From positions 124,001 to 188,000 of IMG/VR virus record IMGVR_UViG_3300029267_004162: DNA of 64,000 bases. One strand, given 5' to 3'. A program made the position numbers and the translations under genes. A model generated the notes under the pieces. It ran no database searches and was not told the DNA's origin. It saw only the letters and a list, made by a program, of their open reading frames with translations. Positions 46,286 to 55,039 of this stretch are shown piece by piece; positions within the stretch are counted from its first letter, which is position 1; every line of letters starts with the position of its first letter.

Positions 46286-47557
46286 TTATCCTTTAACCTC
46301 AGTCGTGGCCACGATTAAATTGGCAGAGCCATCTTCAGCAAACACCATTCTACCGTCAGAACGAAGTCGAAGAGTCTTGTCTACTACCAACGTTGAACCC
46401 GCCTTTAGCACGAGATCCCACGCTGTACGATTAGTCCGCATCGTTTCTCTGTAGTTTTTACACCCCTTAACTACAGTGTCGGCAGCTTTTTTCTTGGGTT
46501 CTTCTTTTTCCGTCTTTTTGCCAGGCTTCTTAATGGGTTCCTTGTCTATTTCCACCTTTTCAGTAGCGGCAAAGCTTTCCCCAACCTTTCCCAAATTCAG
46601 GCTAGACCTAGCCTGGGAATCTTCGGCAAAGAGAGAAAACACTTTTTCTTCTCGACGCAGTTCAATGGCTGGGTCCCCCGGTAAACAACTACACGCCATG
46701 TTGATAGCAGTGGCCATACTGGGGCAGAATACTACCAGATCATTTTTGCCTTTAAACTTCTTATCATTACGACGCTTCATGATTGATTGCACGTCTTTGA
46801 ACCGATCCGATTCAGGAAGAGCGTGCACAATTTTCCACCGATCAGTGTGGATAGCCACGCAAGAATCTTCTTCTTCACTGGAAAGAAGCAGTTTGATTTT
46901 TGACCCCTTCCCACCACGAATCAAATGAGGCCACGTTGCTAACCAATCAGCCGGAACCAAAATTTGACCCTTGCCAAGGGTCTTTGATAAATGAACCCGG
47001 CGGAAAAAGGCACTATGAGAATCAGTTGCCTCGATAGTGATTTCCTTGCCGTTTATGCTGATTCTAACTAATGAATCAGGGCTAAACGTAGTGATAGATT
47101 CAGCGAATGTACACGCTGATGGAATTGATCCAATTAACTCAGTGGCCGATTCAATTGGAATCACCAATTCTTGTGGCTCAGAAACCTTTAACCTATTCCA
47201 ACTTTCATCGCCGCCTTGACCTACCTCTCGCGTGTACTGCTTATTGCGAATGGTAAGTGTTGTATCATCAGTGGCTCGGAATTCGTAATTCCCCGCCATA
47301 TCAGGCAAGGACTGAATAAAGGACCCGTCGATTACGATAGGGGTCATGTCTTTTGATAACCAGTCGACTTCATTCGGCTTTAGGACTGTCTTTCCATAAG
47401 CCTTCTCTCCAACCATTTCGATTACCAACCATCTGCCATCTTTCTTTTTCAAGACAGAGAACCGAGTATTAATAGTGACGGTACCAGCCACCGAGACGGT
47501 TCGAGAAAGGATCGACATGATTGACTTGATCAGTGCAGTTTCTACTGTAAATTCCAC
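46286..47557 (-). CDS. divergent DNA polymerase sliding clamp (DnaN-like)
   Basis: MEFTVET...LSRTVS N-terminus; ITIEATDSHS (cf. VATDGHRL); ~420 aa; replication context. Confidence 0.55.
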   Translation of the reverse strand: MEFTVETALIKSIMSILSRTVSVAGTVTINTRFSVLKKKDGRWLVIEMVGEKAYGKTVLKPNEVDWLSKDMTPIVIDGSFIQSLPDMAGNYEFRATDDTTLTIRNKQYTREVGQGGDESWNRLKVSEPQELVIPIESATELIGSIPSACTFAESITTFSPDSLVRISINGKEITIEATDSHSAFFRRVHLSKTLGKGQILVPADWLATWPHLIRGGKGSKIKLLLSSEEEDSCVAIHTDRWKIVHALPESDRFKDVQSIMKRRNDKKFKGKNDLVVFCPSMATAINMACSCLPGDPAIELRREEKVFSLFAEDSQARSSLNLGKVGESFAATEKVEIDKEPIKKPGKKTEKEEPKKKAADTVVKGCKNYRETMRTNRTAWDLVLKAGSTLVVDKTLRLRSDGRMVFAEDGSANLIVATTEVKG

Positions 47558-47744
47558 GGTTTCTTATCCTATATCGCTTGACGTGTCTTTCTCAGATGTT
47601 GGGACCGGAGTTTCTCCAGCGGCTTTTTCACTGTCTGGTCTACCCTCCGCGGTACCAACAGGACCGAGCGAATCAAAAGTCCAAATTTGAAGAGGGGGTG
47701 GCTGTCTATTGATAATTTTACCCACACCTTTACTCCGTGGTTTC

Positions 47745-48266
47745 TTATCCTATCAACTGGGAAAACCCAAATTCATCATCGGGCTCGGACTCATCAGATT
47801 TACCTAACTCATAATCCATCAGGCCATTTTCTATTGATGTGATTTCACAGTGCTCTCCCTGGTAAATAACGACATCCCCCCTCTTCTTCCCCAAAAGCGT
47901 TTGACCAAAGGGAGATTCATAACTTATCACGCCCCCATCGGGGTTGGAGTCAAACGGCCCCAGTACCCTAAAGACAATCGTTTTTGATCCCTTGAAAGTG
48001 ACCTTTGAACCAACCCCCACAACATCGGTTGGAACCTCTGCTTCATCAAGAGGCACAGCCGCAGACAACGATGTTTGTAAATCCTGGAGTCTCTTGGAAA
48101 GAAAATCTCGTTCTTCTATGGCGAATTTCCATTCAGAGTTTTCACTCAGATCTCCGTGTTCAGCCGCTTCACCAATCCTTTTAATCACCGCAGGAAGATC
48201 AACCATTTGCATCTTCTCAGCAAGCAATAACTTGGCATCGATTGCTTGCGTACTATGATAACTCAT
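47745..48266 (-). CDS. greA: transcription elongation factor GreA/GreB
   Basis: HGDLSENSEW (acidic tip intact), VGVGSKV, ISYESPFGQTLLGKKRGD. Confidence 0.9.
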   Translation of the reverse strand: MSYHSTQAIDAKLLLAEKMQMVDLPAVIKRIGEAAEHGDLSENSEWKFAIEERDFLSKRLQDLQTSLSAAVPLDEAEVPTDVVGVGSKVTFKGSKTIVFRVLGPFDSNPDGGVISYESPFGQTLLGKKRGDVVIYQGEHCEITSIENGLMDYELGKSDESEPDDEFGFSQLIG

Positions 48267-48853
48267 TTGGACTCCGTCACTTGAGGAGACAAAGTGAGTT
48301 TCCAATCTCCAAGAGGGAGTTCTACTTGACCATCGTAATCAGGAAAACCTGGGGAAGGGCCATCACCACATTCCCATATATCTGATAACCCCCGATATTT
48401 GCCTTTCAGGTCCATCCCAAACCCAATCACGAACTTGCCCGAAACATCAAGACTAGAGTAATTACCAACATGCCCTGACTTCTTCGTGTCCAGTAAGAAA
48501 CACGCGTCTGCATCTCGAAATCCAAAATCCGCTAGCATGGTCAGAATCTTATCATAAGTCTCGCCTGTGTTTATGATGGCATCAATTACTAGCACAGAAT
48601 AATCGGCTGGGTTGCTTGGCGGTTCCCAATCGTGTGCAATGGTTACCCCACGATCAGCAGAATAAGTAGCCGTCCAAACCGGACGAATTATCATGTCAAT
48701 TCGCAAAGTCCTGAATAGTTCCATTACAAAGAGACTGGCGCCCCACAAGACCGGAACTACAACCACCTTTTCTCCACGGTAGGCATCGTTTATTTGATTG
48801 GCGATTGTATCGATGTGAGTGACAATGTCTCTATGTTCTAGAAATTTTTTCAT
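48263..48853 (-). CDS. HPRT-like phosphoribosyltransferase, paralogue B (altered PRPP loop)
   Basis: VLWGASLF, VLVIDAIINTGET, FVIGFGMDLKGKYRGL. Confidence 0.85.
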   Translation of the reverse strand: MKKFLEHRDIVTHIDTIANQINDAYRGEKVVVVPVLWGASLFVMELFRTLRIDMIIRPVWTATYSADRGVTIAHDWEPPSNPADYSVLVIDAIINTGETYDKILTMLADFGFRDADACFLLDTKKSGHVGNYSSLDVSGKFVIGFGMDLKGKYRGLSDIWECGDGPSPGFPDYDGQVELPLGDWKLTLSPQVTESK

Positions 48854-49377
48854 GACCTTTCATCCTGACCCTTACATTCTTCGATTATGCATATGTCTGG
48901 TAAGCCCCGATATCTACCACCCATGTCCAATCCAAACCCTACTACAAATTTATCCGGGATAACAAATCCAGTATAATTTGGGCAACGGCTAGATTTCTCT
49001 TTGTCCAACAAAAAACACGTTCTTGTGTCGTGAAACCCGGAACCTTTCAACAAAGACACTACGCCATTGATGGTTTTACCAGAGTCCAAAATGTCGTCTA
49101 CTATTAACGCCGAACAGGCGGCGGGATCTATTTGGGATAAATCCCAATCATGTTTGATAGATAAATTACCCTGAGAAGTCCCAGAATAAGAAGTAGCCCA
49201 TATTGGAAGAATAGTCACGGTAGTTTTTAAACGATTAAATAGCTCCATCGAAAAAGTGCAAGCACCCCACAAAACGGGAACAACTATTAGTCTTCGGCCC
49301 TCAAAGTCTGAGTCAATCTGACTAGCTAATTGATCGATACGAACAAGAATCTGCTGGTGTTCCAATAGTTTTTTCAA
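48850..49377 (-). CDS. hpt: hypoxanthine/guanine phosphoribosyltransferase, paralogue A
   Basis: VLWGACTF, ATSYSG, LIVDDILDSGKT, FVVGFGLDMGGRYRGLP. Confidence 0.9.
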   Translation of the reverse strand: MKKLLEHQQILVRIDQLASQIDSDFEGRRLIVVPVLWGACTFSMELFNRLKTTVTILPIWATSYSGTSQGNLSIKHDWDLSQIDPAACSALIVDDILDSGKTINGVVSLLKGSGFHDTRTCFLLDKEKSSRCPNYTGFVIPDKFVVGFGLDMGGRYRGLPDICIIEECKGQDERS

Positions 49378-49389
49378 TTTTACCCTCGG

Positions 49390-50334
49390 TTATTTATGAA
49401 ACCCAATCTGAGGGGCTTCATCTCCTGGAGCTATATCCAATAGAGTGTCTCTACAAGCGGTTAAATTCTGCCAAGCCAAATGAAACACTTCTCGGCCAAC
49501 TGATTGAGCATTCTCAGTTGTATCCACATGAGCCATGAACCGATCAAAATCACCCAGCAAAGAGTATTGTTTTATCGGTGATTTAAAATCTTTCTTACTT
49601 AGTTTAACCAATTTCCAGTTGGTTTTTGCCCGAGGGACAAAAGCAAGTAGAGCCTCTCTGGCTTTGGCTGTCATGGCCCCTTTCGATTCCTCAGATTTCA
49701 ACCAAGCAATTGATTCCTTCATCTTCTTAAATGGGGCGATCAACAAAGGAGCGATCTTCTTACGGTGTAAACGGGGTACACCCGGTATGCCATCACTAGA
49801 ATCCCCGAACCAAGATTTGTACATGGCGATTTGGCGAGCTTTTACTCCAAACGTGTCTTGACAATCCTTACGAGAGACCAGCCCTGACGATCGCAAGTCC
49901 CAGATTCGAATCCAACGATTGTCTAACAATTGCCACAAATCTCGATCACCCGTTAGGATGTTGACTTCCCAATCAGGTAAAGACAGTGCCATCCAAGCCA
50001 ACACATCATCGGCTTCTTCGCCCTCTGCCCACAGATAAGACTGTGGAACCCATTGTAACAGGGGATCCAGCGCCGTCCAAACTTCTGGGGCTTCCTCTTT
50101 AGCACGATCAGCCTTGTATGTTGCATCGATAGATCTTTTCCTATCAGGTCGAGTATCCAAAACAAAGAAGATATTGGTTCTGTCAGTGTATATCTTCTTG
50201 AGCAACCGGAGTAAGATCCATTTCCAGTTTACGTAGTTTTCACCCGGAGGCCCTGCCTGACATTTGTATACCACTGGACTCATATCCACTAAAGTGATGA
50301 TTTGTTCATCAAATAGAGAAGGCTGGTTAGTCAT
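49390..50334 (-). CDS. 5'-3' exonuclease / flap endonuclease (PolI N-terminal-like)
   Basis: LVD, YKADR, EADD, TGDRDLWQL, GDSSDGIPGVP. Confidence 0.9.
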   Translation of the reverse strand: MTNQPSLFDEQIITLVDMSPVVYKCQAGPPGENYVNWKWILLRLLKKIYTDRTNIFFVLDTRPDRKRSIDATYKADRAKEEAPEVWTALDPLLQWVPQSYLWAEGEEADDVLAWMALSLPDWEVNILTGDRDLWQLLDNRWIRIWDLRSSGLVSRKDCQDTFGVKARQIAMYKSWFGDSSDGIPGVPRLHRKKIAPLLIAPFKKMKESIAWLKSEESKGAMTAKAREALLAFVPRAKTNWKLVKLSKKDFKSPIKQYSLLGDFDRFMAHVDTTENAQSVGREVFHLAWQNLTACRDTLLDIAPGDEAPQIGFHK

Positions 50335-51295
50335 CAGTCGATTCCTCCGCCTTGGTAAATACTTCCTCTGAAACAGCGATAAAGGCACTTTCCATGAACA
50401 GTTGAAGGTTCCTATGGGGACATCGGCTGAGTTGAATTTCACGAGCCTCCAGTATGATCTGGATGATCCGAGCTATGCCATAGGTTCCCCACTGTTCGAA
50501 GACGGCTGGAGCCCATTTTCCCTTGATCCTAAACTGATTAAGAATCATGGATAGGTGTTCAACGCAAATAGCGGTGGTAAGATTGAATTCCTCTTGCAGG
50601 GCGGTGCAGAATTGACTTTGTTCCCAAAATCCAGCAGGACGGATCTGCCATAAGAATTTCAGGATGTTCTCCCCCATCTGGTATAGCTCATCTGGTTCAG
50701 TAGATAAAACCGCCCCCATGTTGTTACCCACCAACTTTAGACACTTGGCGATAACATCTTCTTCTGCGTCTGGGTAACGGAGCTTAACCAAGGCGGTTAA
50801 ATCATCATGACTGGGCGTGTTGAATCGAACTGTTACAGAGCGGGATAGAATAGTTCCCAGCAGATAGTCTAAATCCGGTACTATCAGAATGATAGTCAAA
50901 CGCCCAGGGGGTTCTTCCAGAGTCTTGAGCAGGCCCGGTAGGATTGAGTTATTGCCCTTGCTGGGGGCACTAAGAAAATCCACGACATGGAATTTGTGAT
51001 TTGAAATGATGGGCCTGAAATTATCGCCCTTGACGAAAGCCGAAACCTCCCGAGGAAGCATCGAACCAATTTCATACTCCAACCATTTTACATCTGGGTG
51101 TTCTTTCCCCGTTTCTAACAGCCATCGAGATTTGGGGTCTCCCAGAACCTCCCACATGTATTCTAGGGCGGCAGTAGCTTTCCCCACCTTCCGAGGACCA
51201 ACCAGGATTAGGCAATTAGGTGGTTTTTTAGTAAGAGCCATCAATTGTTTGATAGCCCGTGAATTACCTATGAAATCAGAAAAGGCTTTAACCAT
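50327..51295 (-). CDS. holB: DNA Pol III delta-prime (HolB)-like clamp-loader subunit
   Basis: FIGN, GPRKVGK, HPDV, LLKTLEEPP, LLGTILSRS. Confidence 0.8.
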   Translation of the reverse strand: MVKAFSDFIGNSRAIKQLMALTKKPPNCLILVGPRKVGKATAALEYMWEVLGDPKSRWLLETGKEHPDVKWLEYEIGSMLPREVSAFVKGDNFRPIISNHKFHVVDFLSAPSKGNNSILPGLLKTLEEPPGRLTIILIVPDLDYLLGTILSRSVTVRFNTPSHDDLTALVKLRYPDAEEDVIAKCLKLVGNNMGAVLSTEPDELYQMGENILKFLWQIRPAGFWEQSQFCTALQEEFNLTTAICVEHLSMILNQFRIKGKWAPAVFEQWGTYGIARIIQIILEAREIQLSRCPHRNLQLFMESAFIAVSEEVFTKAEESTDD

Positions 51296-51329
51296 AACAC
51301 GCCTTAATTACCTGGTGTTTACCATGTCT

Positions 51330-51371
51330 AAATATAATAACGAGGCCCAAGGAGAGTATCCTTGAGCCTCG
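51330..51371 (-). terminator. intrinsic terminator
   Basis: Minus strand CGAGGCTCAAGGA-TACTC-TCCTTGGGCCTCG-TTATTATATTT. Confidence 0.7.
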
Positions 51372-51397
51372 CAGGAGGGGGAGGGGAAGGGGTTTGG

Positions 51398-51847
51398 TTA
51401 GGGCTTATTGGCGGCTGCCTCATCAACCGCCTCAAGCACCTTTTTAGTCGCTTCGCTAAATTTGCCCCCCAGATAGTTAAGGATACCAATGTCGCTGTAT
51501 AACTTCATATCAACAGTGACATACTTGTATGCATTTGCTCTTTCAAAATCCTGAGACCATTCTAGTTGCCGGTCTCTCTTCGTAGCCAGTTCCACCAGAA
51601 TCGCCTCAGCGGCTGGTTGATCCTGAGCTTCAACTGCTTTCTGAAGTTTCAGGCGTGCGGTTTCGAAATTTTCTCTAGACAAAGCATTGAAAGTGTCATA
51701 GAAGACGCCGTCCTTCACAGCTTGAGTACGCAAACTGGCTTTTTGAGCCACCAGGGTACTAGTGGAAGTACAACCAACCATAACGAACAAACACAAACAA
51801 CCGGTTAACAGAAGGAAGAAAACGCTGAACCACTTCGTTGATCTCAT
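51398..51847 (-). CDS. lipoprotein, helical
   Basis: Hydrophobic N-terminus with MVGC lipobox. Confidence 0.6.
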   Translation of the reverse strand: MRSTKWFSVFFLLLTGCLCLFVMVGCTSTSTLVAQKASLRTQAVKDGVFYDTFNALSRENFETARLKLQKAVEAQDQPAAEAILVELATKRDRQLEWSQDFERANAYKYVTVDMKLYSDIGILNYLGGKFSEATKKVLEAVDEAAANKP

Positions 51848-51850
51848 CGC

Positions 51851-52168
51851 TTACCCCAATCTCGAAAGAAGTTGAACAGCCATAAAGAACCCCGCAATCC
51901 AGTTCTCACCAGCAATACTCTCAGCCATTTTTTTGTTGGCCTCTATGATTTCTTGTTTGGTAATCGGGGTGTAGGTCTTCTTGTAACTGTCAATTGCTGG
52001 AGCCCCATAGTCGGGGCCAGAAGAGGGCTGCTCAGGTAGCTGAACTTCAATGTCGTTCCTAGCCATCACCTCAACAAAGATACTGGCCTTTTCCACGAAC
52101 TCGCGGACAGCCTTAGCTACTTCCGCATTGGACTTTAGTGTTGCTTCAGACAACGGTTGGGGCATCAT
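51851..52168 (-). CDS. hypothetical protein
   Basis: GAGAGG RBS; ATGA overlap. Confidence 0.55.
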   Translation of the reverse strand: MMPQPLSEATLKSNAEVAKAVREFVEKASIFVEVMARNDIEVQLPEQPSSGPDYGAPAIDSYKKTYTPITKQEIIEANKKMAESIAGENWIAGFFMAVQLLSRLG

Positions 52169-52674
52169 ACACCTCTCGTTTCAATCATAGGATCATCCCC
52201 TCGAATAAAAGGATCAACCGAATAACAATACGAGGCAGTATCCCGGAACAAGCTGAGTTTTTCTTCGAAGCTCCAGACCTCTACTTCTTTTCCTCTAGCT
52301 CGAACCCGTGCAAACAGATCGGAAAAAGTTGTCAAACCAGTCACTATCGCCAGGACATCGAACATAGGTAACGATTCAATTACATCAAGAACTATACTCA
52401 CGTTCCACGCCGTGTAATCTCTTGTGGTTTTAGTTTGAACGTCAAACCCGGATTGATTCAGCATAAAGGCGAACTTCTTTATGTTCTTTCCTGGCTCCTC
52501 TACGGCGTAGTAAGAGGCCCTCTGTAAGGTTCTAGCACCACGAATATGAGACAATAGAGCTTCATAATCCAAAAGCTTCTGACCGTTAAATATGCCAGAC
52601 CCATCCACGATTACCAGAAGCTTTTTACTATCATTCAAACGACCTTGAATAATTTGCGAAATTTGCTTATCCAT
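52165..52674 (-). CDS. NYN/LabA (DUF88)-like domain protein, catalytic Asp residues degenerate
   Basis: VIVDGSGI, LDYEALL, WNVSIVLD, IVTGLTTF (cf. SGDGDF), RARGKEVEV. Confidence 0.7.
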   Translation of the reverse strand: MDKQISQIIQGRLNDSKKLLVIVDGSGIFNGQKLLDYEALLSHIRGARTLQRASYYAVEEPGKNIKKFAFMLNQSGFDVQTKTTRDYTAWNVSIVLDVIESLPMFDVLAIVTGLTTFSDLFARVRARGKEVEVWSFEEKLSLFRDTASYCYSVDPFIRGDDPMIETRGV

Positions 52675-52733
52675 TTATTGTTCTCCAGTTAAAACTTTAT
52701 ACCTCTTTGTAGAGCCCCGATCCAAATAGGCAT

Positions 52734-54143
52734 TTAGTCTATTTCTGGAAAAACCACCCCTTCTGTGTCTCCTTCTTTTCGTTTCCCTTTTTGGCCACCA
52801 TATCTGGCCAAAGGAGATCTAGTAGTCACCTTTTCATCAGCATCCCCCAGACGGCTTTCACCACAATCAGTAACGCGCATAATACTAAAATCAGCCCGTA
52901 GTGGAAACTGAAACTTCTCTATATTCCTGCCCTTATCGATCTGACAATCAAAGGTCTGAATCGGATCATATATCCCTTCCTCTTCATCCGTTGCGTCACC
53001 TTCACTCTGAAGAACCCAGGTCAACATAATGTCACAGTGTTCACGAACTGCCCGACTATAACGAATCTGTTGCTGCTTTTCATCATATTGTGCCGCGACA
53101 ACAACCACGATCTTCTGGTCCATGGCCAGGATTTTCAATTCTCGGGCTATATCGCCTAGCTGCTGCCATAAGGATTCATCTGCCCCGCCTCCGGTCATCA
53201 TATTCAGGTAGTCAATAAACACAACCTTGTACCCGCCCACCATCACATCAGATAGAATGTCGATCACTTTTAGATTTGGGGTGTTTTTAACCCAGAAGAT
53301 AGAATCCTTCCTGCTCCTATCCTCCGATGCTCCCTTGATGGTCTCAACTATCGTTTCCCTAATCTCATCATCCCATTTCTTTGACGACCGCAACTGACTG
53401 AAGGGGACTTGAGCTAGATTAGCCAAACACCTGCGATAAACTTGACCCTTGTCCAATTCCAGGGATTGAAACAACACCGGTACTTTCTTAGACATATTCA
53501 GGGCCATCTGGATCATGACGGTGGTCTTCCCCTGATTAGATGGAGCAGCAATCACCACCATATCTCCGGGTTGAAAACCCCCGACTCTTTCATCAAACCC
53601 AGTGAAACCAGTTGGCACCAATAAAGTTTCTTCTGAATGTAGAAACCTCATTATCTCTTCATGGGAAATGCCTTTACCAAAACCAATCCCATCATCTCTC
53701 CGGTTCATCATTGTGGAGAGTTCTTGACACGCCAAATAAGACTGGCCCAAAGCCTCATCGGGGGTGGATTGTTCCTCAGCTAAATCCCGCCAAATGTCTT
53801 TGAAACGATTAGCTATTTCAGATCGGTGATAATCCGACAAGATGGCAGTTGTGATATCCTTTACCACCCCATCAGAATCAATGATAGTGAAGTTGGCTAA
53901 CGATTCTAAATAAGCCGCCTGATCATCTGGGAGATTTCTTCCTGCTGTCGCTGGGATGATACTGATATCAATGTCCCGATCACCCAAGACCATTTTTGAC
54001 AGAATGTCCCACACCGGTCTGATGTGGATTATGGCTTCCGAAGGAACCATCTTCAGCACATAAGCCTTGTGCGCTTTACTCCCAAAGGCTAGCACTCCCG
54101 CTAACCTCAATTCCCTTTCCATCGCTTTTAGATCAGCAGACAT
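52734..54143 (-). CDS. dnaB: replicative DnaB-like helicase
   Basis: PTGF...GGFQPGD, AAPSNQGKT, SLEL, FIDYL, ARELKILA, AAQ, KGRN. Confidence 0.9.
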   Translation of the reverse strand: MSADLKAMERELRLAGVLAFGSKAHKAYVLKMVPSEAIIHIRPVWDILSKMVLGDRDIDISIIPATAGRNLPDDQAAYLESLANFTIIDSDGVVKDITTAILSDYHRSEIANRFKDIWRDLAEEQSTPDEALGQSYLACQELSTMMNRRDDGIGFGKGISHEEIMRFLHSEETLLVPTGFTGFDERVGGFQPGDMVVIAAPSNQGKTTVMIQMALNMSKKVPVLFQSLELDKGQVYRRCLANLAQVPFSQLRSSKKWDDEIRETIVETIKGASEDRSRKDSIFWVKNTPNLKVIDILSDVMVGGYKVVFIDYLNMMTGGGADESLWQQLGDIARELKILAMDQKIVVVVAAQYDEKQQQIRYSRAVREHCDIMLTWVLQSEGDATDEEEGIYDPIQTFDCQIDKGRNIEKFQFPLRADFSIMRVTDCGESRLGDADEKVTTRSPLARYGGQKGKRKEGDTEGVVFPEID

Positions 54144-54617
54144 CTAGAACACCCTCTTGTCAACAGAAACAAAATACTCGGGTGTATATCGAAACGTAGT
54201 CATCCACTCTCTCTTACTTCCAGCGAATGTGACCAACAAAGTGTGCCTACTGAACATACCCCGAATTCGAGTCAGAATGTGTTTAGGTACCATAGCAGAG
54301 ACCGCATACACCACCACTCTTTGTTTTTTGGCAAGGGACTCAGGCGTAACTTCTATAACACGATCTGCTGAAATGGCTAGCGAGGCTGGTTTGTTTACGG
54401 CCACCAATGCCTTGAAAGCTTCCAAAATGGCCCCGTTCTCAGGATTGGACAAGAAAACCACGCTGGTTCTATCACCGGTGATCTTCGCTATAATCTCTGG
54501 TTTAGTGAACTTAGGCCCTTCTTTTATCCAAGACCAATAAAACTTCGGTATGCCCCACTGCCATAAAACTCGGTTGTAATCATCATGATGTTGAAATGCA
54601 TGATCCGCGATTATCAA
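54144..54617 (-). CDS. hypothetical protein
   Basis: Packed between the two helicase genes. Confidence 0.55.
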   Translation of the reverse strand: MIIADHAFQHHDDYNRVLWQWGIPKFYWSWIKEGPKFTKPEIIAKITGDRTSVVFLSNPENGAILEAFKALVAVNKPASLAISADRVIEVTPESLAKKQRVVVYAVSAMVPKHILTRIRGMFSRHTLLVTFAGSKREWMTTFRYTPEYFVSVDKRVF

Positions 54618-55039
54618 TCGAAAACCTCCGCTTCACTCAGATCGAAAGGGTCTAAGGTACTTTTCCGCCCTAGAATGAGTTTGCTCTGTTGTGGCAGTCC
54701 AAACAAAGATTCCATATTAGCACATGTTTCTAGATCATTGCCTACATAGATGGCCGGTTGACCGGTTTGCAAAGTCAGGATTGAATGTGGACCCCACCAA
54801 GTGGTAATCTGACTTATCAACCCTTTCTCATTTATTAACGGAGGGGTGTTGTTAGAAAACACCCCAACCACTTTGTCATCATATGTGGAGACGAAAGTGT
54901 GAAACCGATTAAGCAGAGCAAGGTCTGTGTCTTCTCCTACCAAAATACAGAAACCGGTAGGGGAAGTCTGTGTCTCTACCCCCGAACAAGAATCTCTACT
55001 AAGAAGAGTATACACCATACGTAAAACATCGTTTGTCAT
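54614..55039 (-). CDS. hypothetical protein
   Basis: Packed ORF. Confidence 0.55.
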   Translation of the reverse strand: MTNDVLRMVYTLLSRDSCSGVETQTSPTGFCILVGEDTDLALLNRFHTFVSTYDDKVVGVFSNNTPPLINEKGLISQITTWWGPHSILTLQTGQPAIYVGNDLETCANMESLFGLPQQSKLILGRKSTLDPFDLSEAEVFD

